Shown: positions 46,672-55,317 of the stretch, in pieces
Layout: the number at the start of each line of letters is the position of its first letter
Numbering within the stretch: position 1 is the stretch's first letter
Assembly: GCA_048884965.1 (NCBI GenBank)
Contig: JBHLQH010000007.1
Location: forward strand, 93,996-157,995
DNA length: 64,000 nt
Source of the DNA: Candidatus Thorarchaeota archaeon
Lineage (GTDB): Archaea; Asgardarchaeota; Thorarchaeia; Thorarchaeales; Thorarchaeaceae
Direction: 5' to 3'
The notes under the pieces: model-generated
Told to the model about the DNA's origin: nothing
The model's database searches: none
The model's input: the letters and a program-made list of their open reading frames with translations, nothing else
Program-made: the position numbers and the translations under genes

Positions 46672-48000
46672 ATGACTGATACGGCTCCAACTATCCCTCT
46701 TCTAGAAGAACCTAGGAAGAGATTCTCCAAAATCAAACTAAAAGATATCAGGAAGATACAGATTTTCAGCTCAAGTCACCCACATGCGATAGCGGCTTCG
46801 TCCATTCTATGCAGAGCTATTCTCAGAGCAAATGTGCTGTTCCATGTCAAGTTCATCGATAATATTGTGCCAGTTGACTATCTGGAAGCGCATATGGGTA
46901 CTACATCCAGTACTCTGGTTCTAGCTATAGGACTTGATATCATCGGAGCTACATCCAGCCATCAAAAACATCTTCTAGGAATCGGGAGTCGATTCCATGC
47001 CAAGATTGAGGATCTTACAGAATCATCATCTGATATTCCAGTCGCAGCTGAGGCTATTGAATTTGCAAAAGAAACGATGGGGGTCTTGCCTGAGGACCTC
47101 GGACTTGCTGCAATTAGCATGCTTCTTGAGAGTCCTACGAATGAGATTACAAAGGCAATCATCGCTGCTTCCCTCAAAGAAGGAATAATCGCTTCACGAA
47201 AAGGATTCAAAATCCCTGGCTTCAATTTCTTCTTAATGGACGAGGTTTTTTCAAATAACATTCATCCATATCTAGATTCACTAAGTGGCGCACCGGAATC
47301 CTGTCAACGGATCTTCGAAGATGCCGAGATATCATATAGTAGATGGAGCACTCCTCTGAACAAGCTAAATCCTAAAGAAACACGTCAGCTCAATGCAGTA
47401 CTACTTCTCTCGTTGTCAAAGGCAGCTGTCCCTTATGTGCTCGGGAGTGATTACGAATTCCAATACGAGAAGGAATCGAGTCCGCTGCGTCATTTTTCAA
47501 GCATATCATCAATGTCCCAAGTTATCTGGAGCAGGCATGAAATGGGTCTCTTGTTGGGTGTGCTCATTGGGGACCGTGCACGACTGTTGGACAGTTTCGT
47601 CAAAACATACCGAAAATACTGCCAGGAAGCAATCTCTATAGTCGCAGAAGTAAATGCGCTATTGGATGATAGCGAAACGACGAAATTCGCTGATACTCAT
47701 ATCCTCATGAGAACCTCTACCCTGCCTGATACAACCTTTCCCGATGTAGGCCGTATTACACTTGAGTCAAATGCAGCAAAGGATGTAAAATTCCTTCTAT
47801 TAGTTTCAGAAAAATCGCTATATGTAATATGGAAGAAACAACTTTCCTTGCTAGCAGTTTCTGCAGAGCTATTCAAGAAGAAAATCCAGTTCATATCTAC
47901 TTCCAAGCAATCAGTCAGAATATCTGATACATCTGATGCTACATGTAGTAAGATTGTGGATATAATGAAAGTCCTCACAAAGGATGTCCAGAAATCATGA
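46672..48000 (+). CDS. Degenerate RecJ/DHH-family (Cdc45-related) protein
   Basis: Occupies the conserved rps15-DHH-pcc1 position. The N-terminus IQIFSSSHPHAIAASSILCRAI aligns with DHH motif I but lacks DxDG. PYLDSLSG motif present. Confidence 0.65.
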   Translation: MTDTAPTIPLLEEPRKRFSKIKLKDIRKIQIFSSSHPHAIAASSILCRAILRANVLFHVKFIDNIVPVDYLEAHMGTTSSTLVLAIGLDIIGATSSHQKHLLGIGSRFHAKIEDLTESSSDIPVAAEAIEFAKETMGVLPEDLGLAAISMLLESPTNEITKAIIAASLKEGIIASRKGFKIPGFNFFLMDEVFSNNIHPYLDSLSGAPESCQRIFEDAEISYSRWSTPLNKLNPKETRQLNAVLLLSLSKAAVPYVLGSDYEFQYEKESSPLRHFSSISSMSQVIWSRHEMGLLLGVLIGDRARLLDSFVKTYRKYCQEAISIVAEVNALLDDSETTKFADTHILMRTSTLPDTTFPDVGRITLESNAAKDVKFLLLVSEKSLYVIWKKQLSLLAVSAELFKKKIQFISTSKQSVRISDTSDATCSKIVDIMKVLTKDVQKS

Positions 48001-48236
48001 GAGCTAATATTGACATCGAATTCGATTCGACCGATGATGCAGAGCAGATAAGAAAGACCATTACCCCGGACAATACACCAGTTCCTGAGGGGATTGAAAT
48101 CGACACCAAGGTCATAGGGGCAACATTGAAGGTCGTAATCAAGTGCAATCGGGGTATTGACAGCTTCAGGGCTACGATAGAGGACATTATGAGCGCAATT
48201 GATCTATCCATCCGCACTCAAAAAACAGTAGAATAG
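47997..48236 (+). CDS. pcc1: KEOPS subunit Pcc1
   Basis: IEF...AE.I..TITPDN and SFRATIEDIM pattern; 79 aa; conserved context. Confidence 0.85.
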   Translation: MRANIDIEFDSTDDAEQIRKTITPDNTPVPEGIEIDTKVIGATLKVVIKCNRGIDSFRATIEDIMSAIDLSIRTQKTVE

Positions 48237-48240
48237 GCTA

Positions 48241-49695
48241 TCAATTGTCCTTATATTTCAAGACAAGCCGTTGATACTCAGATTTGGCCTTTGATCGTGC
48301 GATATCTGCCATATCCTCAGTTATGAATCCTCTTTGAACAGCGCGTTTTAGAAGATGTTGATCAATAATCCTAATCTGTCCCTTCTTGGGAGCGACGACA
48401 TCTATCTCCAGATCCACATACCTTACAGTTCCTGGAGACGCTCCATTACTGGGATAGACTTCTATTCCTGTGTTAATATTCACATACGTTCCTTTGTGCT
48501 GATCATCCTTTGAGTAGTAATCCGTCAACAGAATCATGGATCCAGGGACTACCTTTGTTATCGAATAGTCGCCATCATCTCGTGGTACTTCGACATCGTC
48601 AATGCTCTCAGGGGTCATCTTGAGCTTACGTGTAGTATACTTGAATTGTCGTCTGATGGAAATGCTGCTATTATTGACATCAGTCACTCTTCCTTTAGAA
48701 AGAACGATGCATCGACCATCTAGTTTCGTATGGACAATATTGATTGGGTCATCGACCTTTGGCATATCCCAGCTTATGACCTTGTCAAGCTTGCTCTTTA
48801 CATACTCATGCTCACTTGGTCTATCTTCAACCATCATTTCTGCGAAATCCACCAGAGATGCATATCCAGCACTCTTGTAGAAATGATGATGGTCTATTGT
48901 TGGCCTAATCTTAGCGCGCGTTTTGTCTAACGAATCCTTTACCTCGGCAGGGAACTCGATATCCGCATTGCTTGTCCCCTCAAAAAGAAGACCAGTTTCT
49001 GCAAGGATATTGAAGCTATCCTCTATCTTCTGTGCAGTATCTAGAAGGCTCTCAATCTCGTTGTATAGCTCTTCCTCTGTCAGTTTGATTGCTGCAGTTC
49101 TCCAAAGAATGCCCCACGGTTCAGTATGGACTCTCAGCTTCTTACCCAATCCAGAAAGGTCACTACGAGTTTCTTGTCCCTTGATCTTTGTACTGAGACG
49201 TACCACAGGATCTGGTAATAATACAGCAGCCCGTCCAGGGATAGTGATGCTAGATGATAGTACAGGTGCTTTCCTACCATAATCATGAGCTCGGACTTGG
49301 ACCATGATAGACTTGCCTTTCTCTAGGGACCTATCTGGAAGAAGCCCTGAGATTGGGCCAAGATTGACACGTGTGTGTCCGGTCTTCTCATCCTTTCCCA
49401 TCACTACACCCTTGTAGATTGAACTCTTGGCAACCCTTGGTGTACGTGTGATTACCCATCCAAGCCTTCTACGGAGAACATCTGTAAGCTTCTTCAATAC
49501 AGACTCATATGCTATCGCTACGATACCTTGCAGGTCGCTTCTGTCCCAGATATCCACATCGGGAATGTCTGCACGATATGGGAGCCCGAATCTTCTAGCC
49601 ACTTCCGGAGTTGGTTGAACCATTTCGAAATGATTCTGTAGCATGATTTGCGTCAGTGACTGTGAATAGATTCCTCTTATCCGTGCCTTAATCAA
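48241..49695 (-). CDS. fau-1: FAU-1 RNA-binding protein / ribonuclease (RNase E/G-like with DUF402)
   Basis: ARIRGIYS..LT, WGILWRTAA, HHFYK and YVNINT.IE.YP....YVDLEIDVV. Confidence 0.88.
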   Translation of the reverse strand: MIKARIRGIYSQSLTQIMLQNHFEMVQPTPEVARRFGLPYRADIPDVDIWDRSDLQGIVAIAYESVLKKLTDVLRRRLGWVITRTPRVAKSSIYKGVVMGKDEKTGHTRVNLGPISGLLPDRSLEKGKSIMVQVRAHDYGRKAPVLSSSITIPGRAAVLLPDPVVRLSTKIKGQETRSDLSGLGKKLRVHTEPWGILWRTAAIKLTEEELYNEIESLLDTAQKIEDSFNILAETGLLFEGTSNADIEFPAEVKDSLDKTRAKIRPTIDHHHFYKSAGYASLVDFAEMMVEDRPSEHEYVKSKLDKVISWDMPKVDDPINIVHTKLDGRCIVLSKGRVTDVNNSSISIRRQFKYTTRKLKMTPESIDDVEVPRDDGDYSITKVVPGSMILLTDYYSKDDQHKGTYVNINTGIEVYPSNGASPGTVRYVDLEIDVVAPKKGQIRIIDQHLLKRAVQRGFITEDMADIARSKAKSEYQRLVLKYKDN

Positions 49696-49783
49696 ACACT
49701 TTCCATCCGTGCTATCTATGCCAACGAACCCTGCTCCCTTTGAAGAGGATCGTGATATTACTCGTTAATGGTCCGCACAGGAG

Positions 49784-50065
49784 CTAGTCACGGATTGGCT
49801 CCAGCAAGCTGGAAACATGCCAGATCTTAGTTCTAGCATGATTAGGACAGTTGGGGTCCTGACTAGGCTCGTCTAGAATTGCAATGGCGTTCTGCGCTCT
49901 GACTGCTGGCGAATCGGTGTCATTCTCAAGAACTGCAATTGCCTCATTGGCTGCACGTCTGATATTTCGGGGGACTGATGAGTCATTCCCTATTTGCGTA
50001 AGCAGATGTTTAGATTGGTCTATGCTTCTTTGTGTTTCTGGATCTAGGGGCATATTATCAACCAC
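49784..50065 (-). CDS. UPF0147 family protein
   Basis: D.SVPRNIRRAA, RA..AI.ILDE.SQDPN.P.HART.IW...S.LE. Confidence 0.93.
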   Translation of the reverse strand: MVDNMPLDPETQRSIDQSKHLLTQIGNDSSVPRNIRRAANEAIAVLENDTDSPAVRAQNAIAILDEPSQDPNCPNHARTKIWHVSSLLEPIRD

Positions 50066-50221
50066 CTATGAAATTATCTCAGCGCACCAAAGTTAGATGT
50101 GCGGATTAACAACATAATGCGGTTGTTATCCTCATATCATTCTTTCGGCAGAGCAACAAAATTTGTACATTTCCTAACAACTCTCATATAGCAATAAGAA
50201 CCACGTAGAATCAGAATAAAA

Positions 50222-50575
50222 ATGGACGATAAGAAAGACGCCTCGGTCAAGCGAATGGCACAGCTTCTTCAGCAAGGTGCCACCATGCTAGCAGATGGCT
50301 GCCCCCAGTGTGGTTCTCCCCTGCTAAAGGTCGAAGATGACATCTATTGTGCGATGTGCGATAGGCGAATTGTCTATGCCTCATCAGAAGAGGAAGTCGA
50401 ATCATTCACTGTCAAGGAGCTACTTCCAGAGCTGAAAGATACACTACTTTTGAAACTCAAGACCCTGAATGACCTTATTGAGAGAGAGAATGATACAGAA
50501 ACCCTAACCAAGCTAGCGAATCTGATGGTCCTTCTTCTTCAAGCTCTTGATAGTCTGAGAAAGATGAACAAATAG
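50222..50575 (+). CDS. UPF0148 / Sjogren syndrome autoantigen-1 family zinc-ribbon protein
   Basis: KRMAQLL.QGATML...CPQCGSPL......YC..C. Confidence 0.9.
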   Translation: MDDKKDASVKRMAQLLQQGATMLADGCPQCGSPLLKVEDDIYCAMCDRRIVYASSEEEVESFTVKELLPELKDTLLLKLKTLNDLIERENDTETLTKLANLMVLLLQALDSLRKMNK

Positions 50576-50620
50576 CATCCACTGCTATTGCTAAGCCCAA
50601 AAGAAAGAAACAAGGAGCGC

Positions 50621-51280
50621 TTATTCAGCGCCCTCTTTCTTCTTCTCTGTGCCCCTCCGGAGTCTTGCACGTCGTGCCTTGACTTCCTCAGGACCCTTGA
50701 GTACCTTGCTCTTTCGGATCTCGCATTCACGAAGTGGAACAATCTTCTTGACTGCTTCGCGAACCTCAGTCGCTAGTTCACCAAGAACGACCTTTGTGAC
50801 AAGCTCATCGAATACATGCCTCTTTGCATGAGTTCGGATGACCTTCTCTATTGCCTTTCGAACAGAGTGCTCTTGGCTTGTCTTAGCTCGTGAAGTTGTG
50901 AAGACAATAACAGAGATACGCATGAGATAGTCGTCCTTTGTGAGGATGGGACCTATCCAATCGATTCTTGAAGTGCCTCTTCTAACGAGACCTCTAAGAT
51001 AGTCAGAGCTCCATTCATGACCATGGAACACGGTCTTGGCCTCTTGACCTATTACTTCTAGAATCTTGAATCTCAGCTTTACATGAATTTGGTCGAAATT
51101 ACCTGTTAGATCATAGAGCGTGGGTTGTACTGTACGGCCAATCAATAACTCAGGGTTTCCTGATGGAGTGGTTCCAATATCCTTCTCCTCAAAATACTCT
51201 GGAGATTTGATCTGGTACCAAATTTTCTCTCTCCACTTATCCCTCGTTCTGGCCGCTGCTTGTCGACTTCTTGATGACAT
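50621..51280 (-). CDS. rps3ae: 30S ribosomal protein S3Ae (eS1)
   Basis: DKW..K.WY....P..F, TLYDLTG, DYLRGLVRRGTSRID and PLR.CEIRKSKVL. Confidence 0.96.
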   Translation of the reverse strand: MSSRSRQAAARTRDKWREKIWYQIKSPEYFEEKDIGTTPSGNPELLIGRTVQPTLYDLTGNFDQIHVKLRFKILEVIGQEAKTVFHGHEWSSDYLRGLVRRGTSRIDWIGPILTKDDYLMRISVIVFTTSRAKTSQEHSVRKAIEKVIRTHAKRHVFDELVTKVVLGELATEVREAVKKIVPLRECEIRKSKVLKGPEEVKARRARLRRGTEKKKEGAE

Positions 51281-51677
51281 ATCTTATCACGCTCTTAATC
51301 TGGACGTCTATAGTCCTTAGAACATATGGTTCCTCCGGTTGTACCAGTGGAGCCTCGCCGACATCCAATGGTCCGAATAAAAAGATTGTGACGTGTAATA
51401 AAGCGGAGAAAATAGCCCGCCATCATACAGCGTACCATCCTACGACCAACAAAATCCTTTTTACCTTTGGATGCATCATCTTACGTAACTCATCGGCCGA
51501 AATGCCCCTGCTAGACCAGACTCTAAATTTCGTTTTAAGGAAAACCTTTTATTTCCACAAAAGTGGTTTCCAATGCTCAGCAGAACCGCTTCCCAATCAT
51601 GCATGACCATACGTTTCGTTTGATACAGCACAACTATGTGTATGTATTGTGCGGCACACAGGGTCTTATCACAGTAG

Positions 51678-51786
51678 GGGCTCGTGGCGCAGCTAGGTAG
51701 CGCAGCAGGCTTTTAACCTGAAGATCAGGAGAGTCATCTCTTGTATCGGGGACGGGCCGCGGGTTCAAATCCCGCCGAGCCCGCCA
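51678..51786 (+). tRNA. tRNA-Lys(UUU) with non-canonical intron at the anticodon-stem / variable-loop junction
   Basis: GGGCTCG/CGAGCCC acceptor, CAGG-CT-TTT-AA-CCTG then a ~32-nt hairpin insert, GCGGG-TTCAAAT-CCCGC, CCA. Confidence 0.88.
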
Positions 51787-51833
51787 CAACTACTTTGATG
51801 CGTGTTCTAGGAATCGGCTATGCGGGTGAGATA

Positions 51834-51918
51834 GCGGGGCGGCTATTGCGGCAGATGAGCATACTCGGATTTTCTGGGAATGCTTTGGGAAGCGAACGAA
51901 CTGCAGTAGTTACCCCGT
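51834..51918 (+). ncRNA. Putative structured RNA / 5' leader upstream of rpoB
   Basis: 18-bp outer stem (51834-51851 with 51901-51918; one mismatch, several G-U pairs) enclosing a 12-bp inner hairpin AGCATACTCGGA-TTT-TCTGGGAATGCT. Confidence 0.45.
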
Positions 51919-51941
51919 CCCATATTCAAGGGTGTAGCTCT

Positions 51942-54900
51942 ATGTCGGAACTAAAAGAGAGGCAGAAGTATTGGCCTGTAATTGAATCATACTTCGCAGA
52001 AAAAGGACTTGTAGGCCAGCATCTTGACTCGTTCAACAGATTTGTACGAGAAGAACTGCAACAAGTCGTAAACAGTGTCGGTCGGCTCAATCCAAAGGTC
52101 GAAGGCTATTTTGTAGATCTTGGTGAGATCACGGTAATGCCACCATCAGTACGCGAAGCAGATGGAAGTGAACATCCTCTATATCCAAACGAGGCACGAA
52201 TTCGTAACCTTACATACGCAAGCAAGCTATTCCTCGATATGACCCCTGTCCGTCAGGAAGGGTCTGTATCCACACGGCTTGAAACCATGCGTATCTACAT
52301 AGGCGACCTTCCAATCATGCTCCGTAGTGAAACATGTCTTCTACATGAATTGTCAGATGAAGACCTCATCAAGCATGGTGAGGATCCAAACGATCCAGGT
52401 GGCTATTTCATTATCAATGGATCAGAACGGGTTTTAGTTACACAGGAGGATTTGGCGCCTAATAGAATCCTTATCGAAGAAGCTAGCAAAAGTTCCAGCT
52501 ACACCCATATTGGCAAAGTCTTCTCGACAAGTCGTGGATTCCGTGCGCCAGTCACCATTGAAAGAAAACGTACCGGTGAACTGAGAGTATCCTTCCCGTC
52601 AGTACCCGGTAAGATTCCCCTTGCAATCCTTATGAAATCCCTCGGGCTTGAATCAGATAGGGATATTGCAGAGGTCATCTCAGATGACGATGAGATTAGA
52701 AACGAACTCATTGTCACAATTGAGCAAGCTGCACCAATCAATGTCATGAAGGATGAAGAGGACGAAGACACCACGACCATGAACAACGCTCTGGACTTCA
52801 TCGGAAAGAGAGTTGCAGTAGGACAGACAAAGGAATATCGTCTAGCCCGTGCAGAGAAAGTACTGGATAGATATCTTCTACCGCATATCGGAACGGAGGA
52901 GAACCACAGACTTCCGAAGGCCTACTACCTGGGTCAGATGGTCGAACGACTTCTCGAGTTGGTGCTCAGCAAGCGCTCTCAGGATGACAAAGACCACTAT
53001 GCAAACAAGCGGCTAAAGTTATCTGGGGACCTCCTTATGTCCCTCTTCAGAGTAGCACTCTACTCACTTACACGCGATATCAAATATCAGCTTGAACGGA
53101 CTGCCGTTAGAGGTAGAAAGCCCAACATCCGAACTGCAGTACGTGCAGATGTCATTACCCAACGCTTGAAGCATGCTTTGGCAACTGGTAACTGGGTAGG
53201 CGGAAAGGCTGGTGTATCACAGCTTCTAGACAGAACGAACTTCATCTCATCCCTTTCCCACCTTAGACGAGTCGTTTCGCCGCTCTCACGATCACAGCCA
53301 CACTTTGAGGCACGAGACCTTCACTCCACTCACTGGGGCAAAATCTGTCCGAACGAAACGCCAGAAGGTCCCAATTGTGGCCTTGTGAAGAACATCGCGA
53401 TGATGGCATATATCTCAGTAGGCACGGAGGAAGATGCAGTAGAGAATGCACTCTACAAGGCTGAAGTCGAATCCATCGAGAAACTCAGAGGAAAGCGAGG
53501 TACAAAGTGGGCTGACGTATTCCTTAATGGTCGATTAGTCGGTGTCCATCCTGCACCCCAAGTACTTGCAAAGACGATTCGCCAGAAGCGTCGAGCAGGA
53601 GAAATTGATTCAGAAACCAACATCGCATACTATGAGGATACGAACGAGATTCAAGTCAACTGTGATGCAGGTAGAGTCAGGCGTCCAGTCATCGTGGTAG
53701 AGAACGGCAAGAGCCGTCTTACAGATGAGCATCTACGAATGGTCACAGATGGCGAATGGACATTCACTGATCTGCTAAGAAATGGCATTGTCGAGTACGT
53801 TGATGCAGAAGAAGAAGAGAACACGCTCATTGCGATGACTCCCGGGGAAATAGGTGCAAAGACTACTCATCTTGAGATAGTCCCATCCACCATCCTAGGC
53901 ATTTCTGCAGCACTTATCCCATTCCCAGAGCGGAACCAATCACCTCGTAATGTGTACATGGCAGGCATGGCAAAACAAAGCGTCGGTGTCCCAGCAGCCA
54001 ATTTCAAGTTCCGTGCTGATACCCGCTCTCACTTCTTCCACTATCCACAGGTACCCCTCGTAAAGACCCGTGCTATGGACTCGATTGGGTTCGAGAAGCG
54101 TCCTGCAGGACAGAACTTTGTCGTCGGGATCCTGTCCTTTGAAGGATATAACATTGAAGACGCGCTTATCATGAACAAAGCCTCGATTGAACGAGGCCTA
54201 GGACGAAGCACCTTCGCTCGAGTATATGAGAGTGAGGAGCGCAAGTATCCTGGTGGTCAAGAAGACCGCTTTGAGATACCTGACAGAAGTGTCCGCGGGT
54301 ATCGCGCATCTGAATCTTACAGGAACCTTGGTGAAGATGGAATCATCGAAACCGAGGTAGAGGTTCAGGGCGGAGATGTCCTTATTGGTAGGACCTCACC
54401 ACCACGATTCCTCGAAGAATATTCAGAGTTCGAGATTGCATCCCCGAACCGACGTGAAACCTCTGTGGCCGTACGCCATGGAGAGGCTGGAGTAGTTGAC
54501 AGCGTTATCCTGACAGAAACAATTGATGGTAACAGACTAGTCAAGGTCAAAGTACGAGACCTTAGAATTCCCGAGCTTGGTGACAAGTACGCTTCACGAC
54601 ACGGTCAGAAAGGAGTCATTGGCTACATCGTCCCACAACAGGATGTGCCCTTCACTGAGGATGGAGTCGTACCCGACCTCATTATCAATCCCCACGCTAT
54701 CCCTAGCCGAATGACCATCGGTCAGATTCTAGAGATGGTTGCTGGAAAGGCTGGCTCCATGGCTGGCAAGCAACAGGATGCCACGCCATTCTGTGGTGTG
54801 ACCGAGAACGAACTGTTCACTATCATGCGGAAGCACGGCCTAAAGCACAATGGCCGAGAGGTCATGTACTCTGGCATTACCGGTCAGAAGCTCAAGACGG

Positions 54901-55316
54901 ACATCTTCATTGGTGTCATCTACTATCAGAAGCTACATCACATGGTCGCGGACAAGATTCATGCCCGTGCTAGAGGCCCCGTCCAGATTCTTACCCGCCA
55001 ACCTACTGAGGGTCGTGCCCGAGAAGGTGGTCTTAGGTTCGGAGAGATGGAACGTGATGTACTCATTGGACACGGAGCTGCGATACTGCTGAAAGGCAGA
55101 CTACTCGACGAGTCAGACAAGAGCAACATGCTGGTCTGTGAGGAGTGTGGCCTCATTGGTGTCTATGATAGGAACAGGGACGCCTACTATTGTCCCATTT
55201 GTGGTACAGGCGCGAAGATCAGTAGCGTCGTAGTATCATACGCATTCAAACTTCTCATACAAGAAATGATGTCACTTGGCCTAGCCACTAGGCTGCGCCT
55301 CAAGGAGATGATCTAA
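51942..55316 (+). CDS. rpoB: RNA polymerase subunit Rpo2 (B), unsplit
   Basis: HLDSFN.F, DPGGYFIINGSERV, GDKYASRHGQKG and GGLRFGEMERD. True start ATG 51942, since the longer ORF overlaps tRNA-Lys. Confidence 0.98.
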   Translation: MSELKERQKYWPVIESYFAEKGLVGQHLDSFNRFVREELQQVVNSVGRLNPKVEGYFVDLGEITVMPPSVREADGSEHPLYPNEARIRNLTYASKLFLDMTPVRQEGSVSTRLETMRIYIGDLPIMLRSETCLLHELSDEDLIKHGEDPNDPGGYFIINGSERVLVTQEDLAPNRILIEEASKSSSYTHIGKVFSTSRGFRAPVTIERKRTGELRVSFPSVPGKIPLAILMKSLGLESDRDIAEVISDDDEIRNELIVTIEQAAPINVMKDEEDEDTTTMNNALDFIGKRVAVGQTKEYRLARAEKVLDRYLLPHIGTEENHRLPKAYYLGQMVERLLELVLSKRSQDDKDHYANKRLKLSGDLLMSLFRVALYSLTRDIKYQLERTAVRGRKPNIRTAVRADVITQRLKHALATGNWVGGKAGVSQLLDRTNFISSLSHLRRVVSPLSRSQPHFEARDLHSTHWGKICPNETPEGPNCGLVKNIAMMAYISVGTEEDAVENALYKAEVESIEKLRGKRGTKWADVFLNGRLVGVHPAPQVLAKTIRQKRRAGEIDSETNIAYYEDTNEIQVNCDAGRVRRPVIVVENGKSRLTDEHLRMVTDGEWTFTDLLRNGIVEYVDAEEEENTLIAMTPGEIGAKTTHLEIVPSTILGISAALIPFPERNQSPRNVYMAGMAKQSVGVPAANFKFRADTRSHFFHYPQVPLVKTRAMDSIGFEKRPAGQNFVVGILSFEGYNIEDALIMNKASIERGLGRSTFARVYESEERKYPGGQEDRFEIPDRSVRGYRASESYRNLGEDGIIETEVEVQGGDVLIGRTSPPRFLEEYSEFEIASPNRRETSVAVRHGEAGVVDSVILTETIDGNRLVKVKVRDLRIPELGDKYASRHGQKGVIGYIVPQQDVPFTEDGVVPDLIINPHAIPSRMTIGQILEMVAGKAGSMAGKQQDATPFCGVTENELFTIMRKHGLKHNGREVMYSGITGQKLKTDIFIGVIYYQKLHHMVADKIHARARGPVQILTRQPTEGRAREGGLRFGEMERDVLIGHGAAILLKGRLLDESDKSNMLVCEECGLIGVYDRNRDAYYCPICGTGAKISSVVVSYAFKLLIQEMMSLGLATRLRLKEMI

Positions 55317-55317
55317 G

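Noticed and set aside
51240-51479. Minus-strand ORF with an in-frame TGA upstream of rps3ae (possible selenoprotein or pseudogene)
   Set aside because: No recognisable family, no redox motif around the TGA, and it would overlap rps3ae. Support is insufficient.
51741-51941. Extended N-terminus of rpoB
   Set aside because: It overlaps tRNA-Lys and the structured leader. Rpo2 homology begins near ATG 51942.
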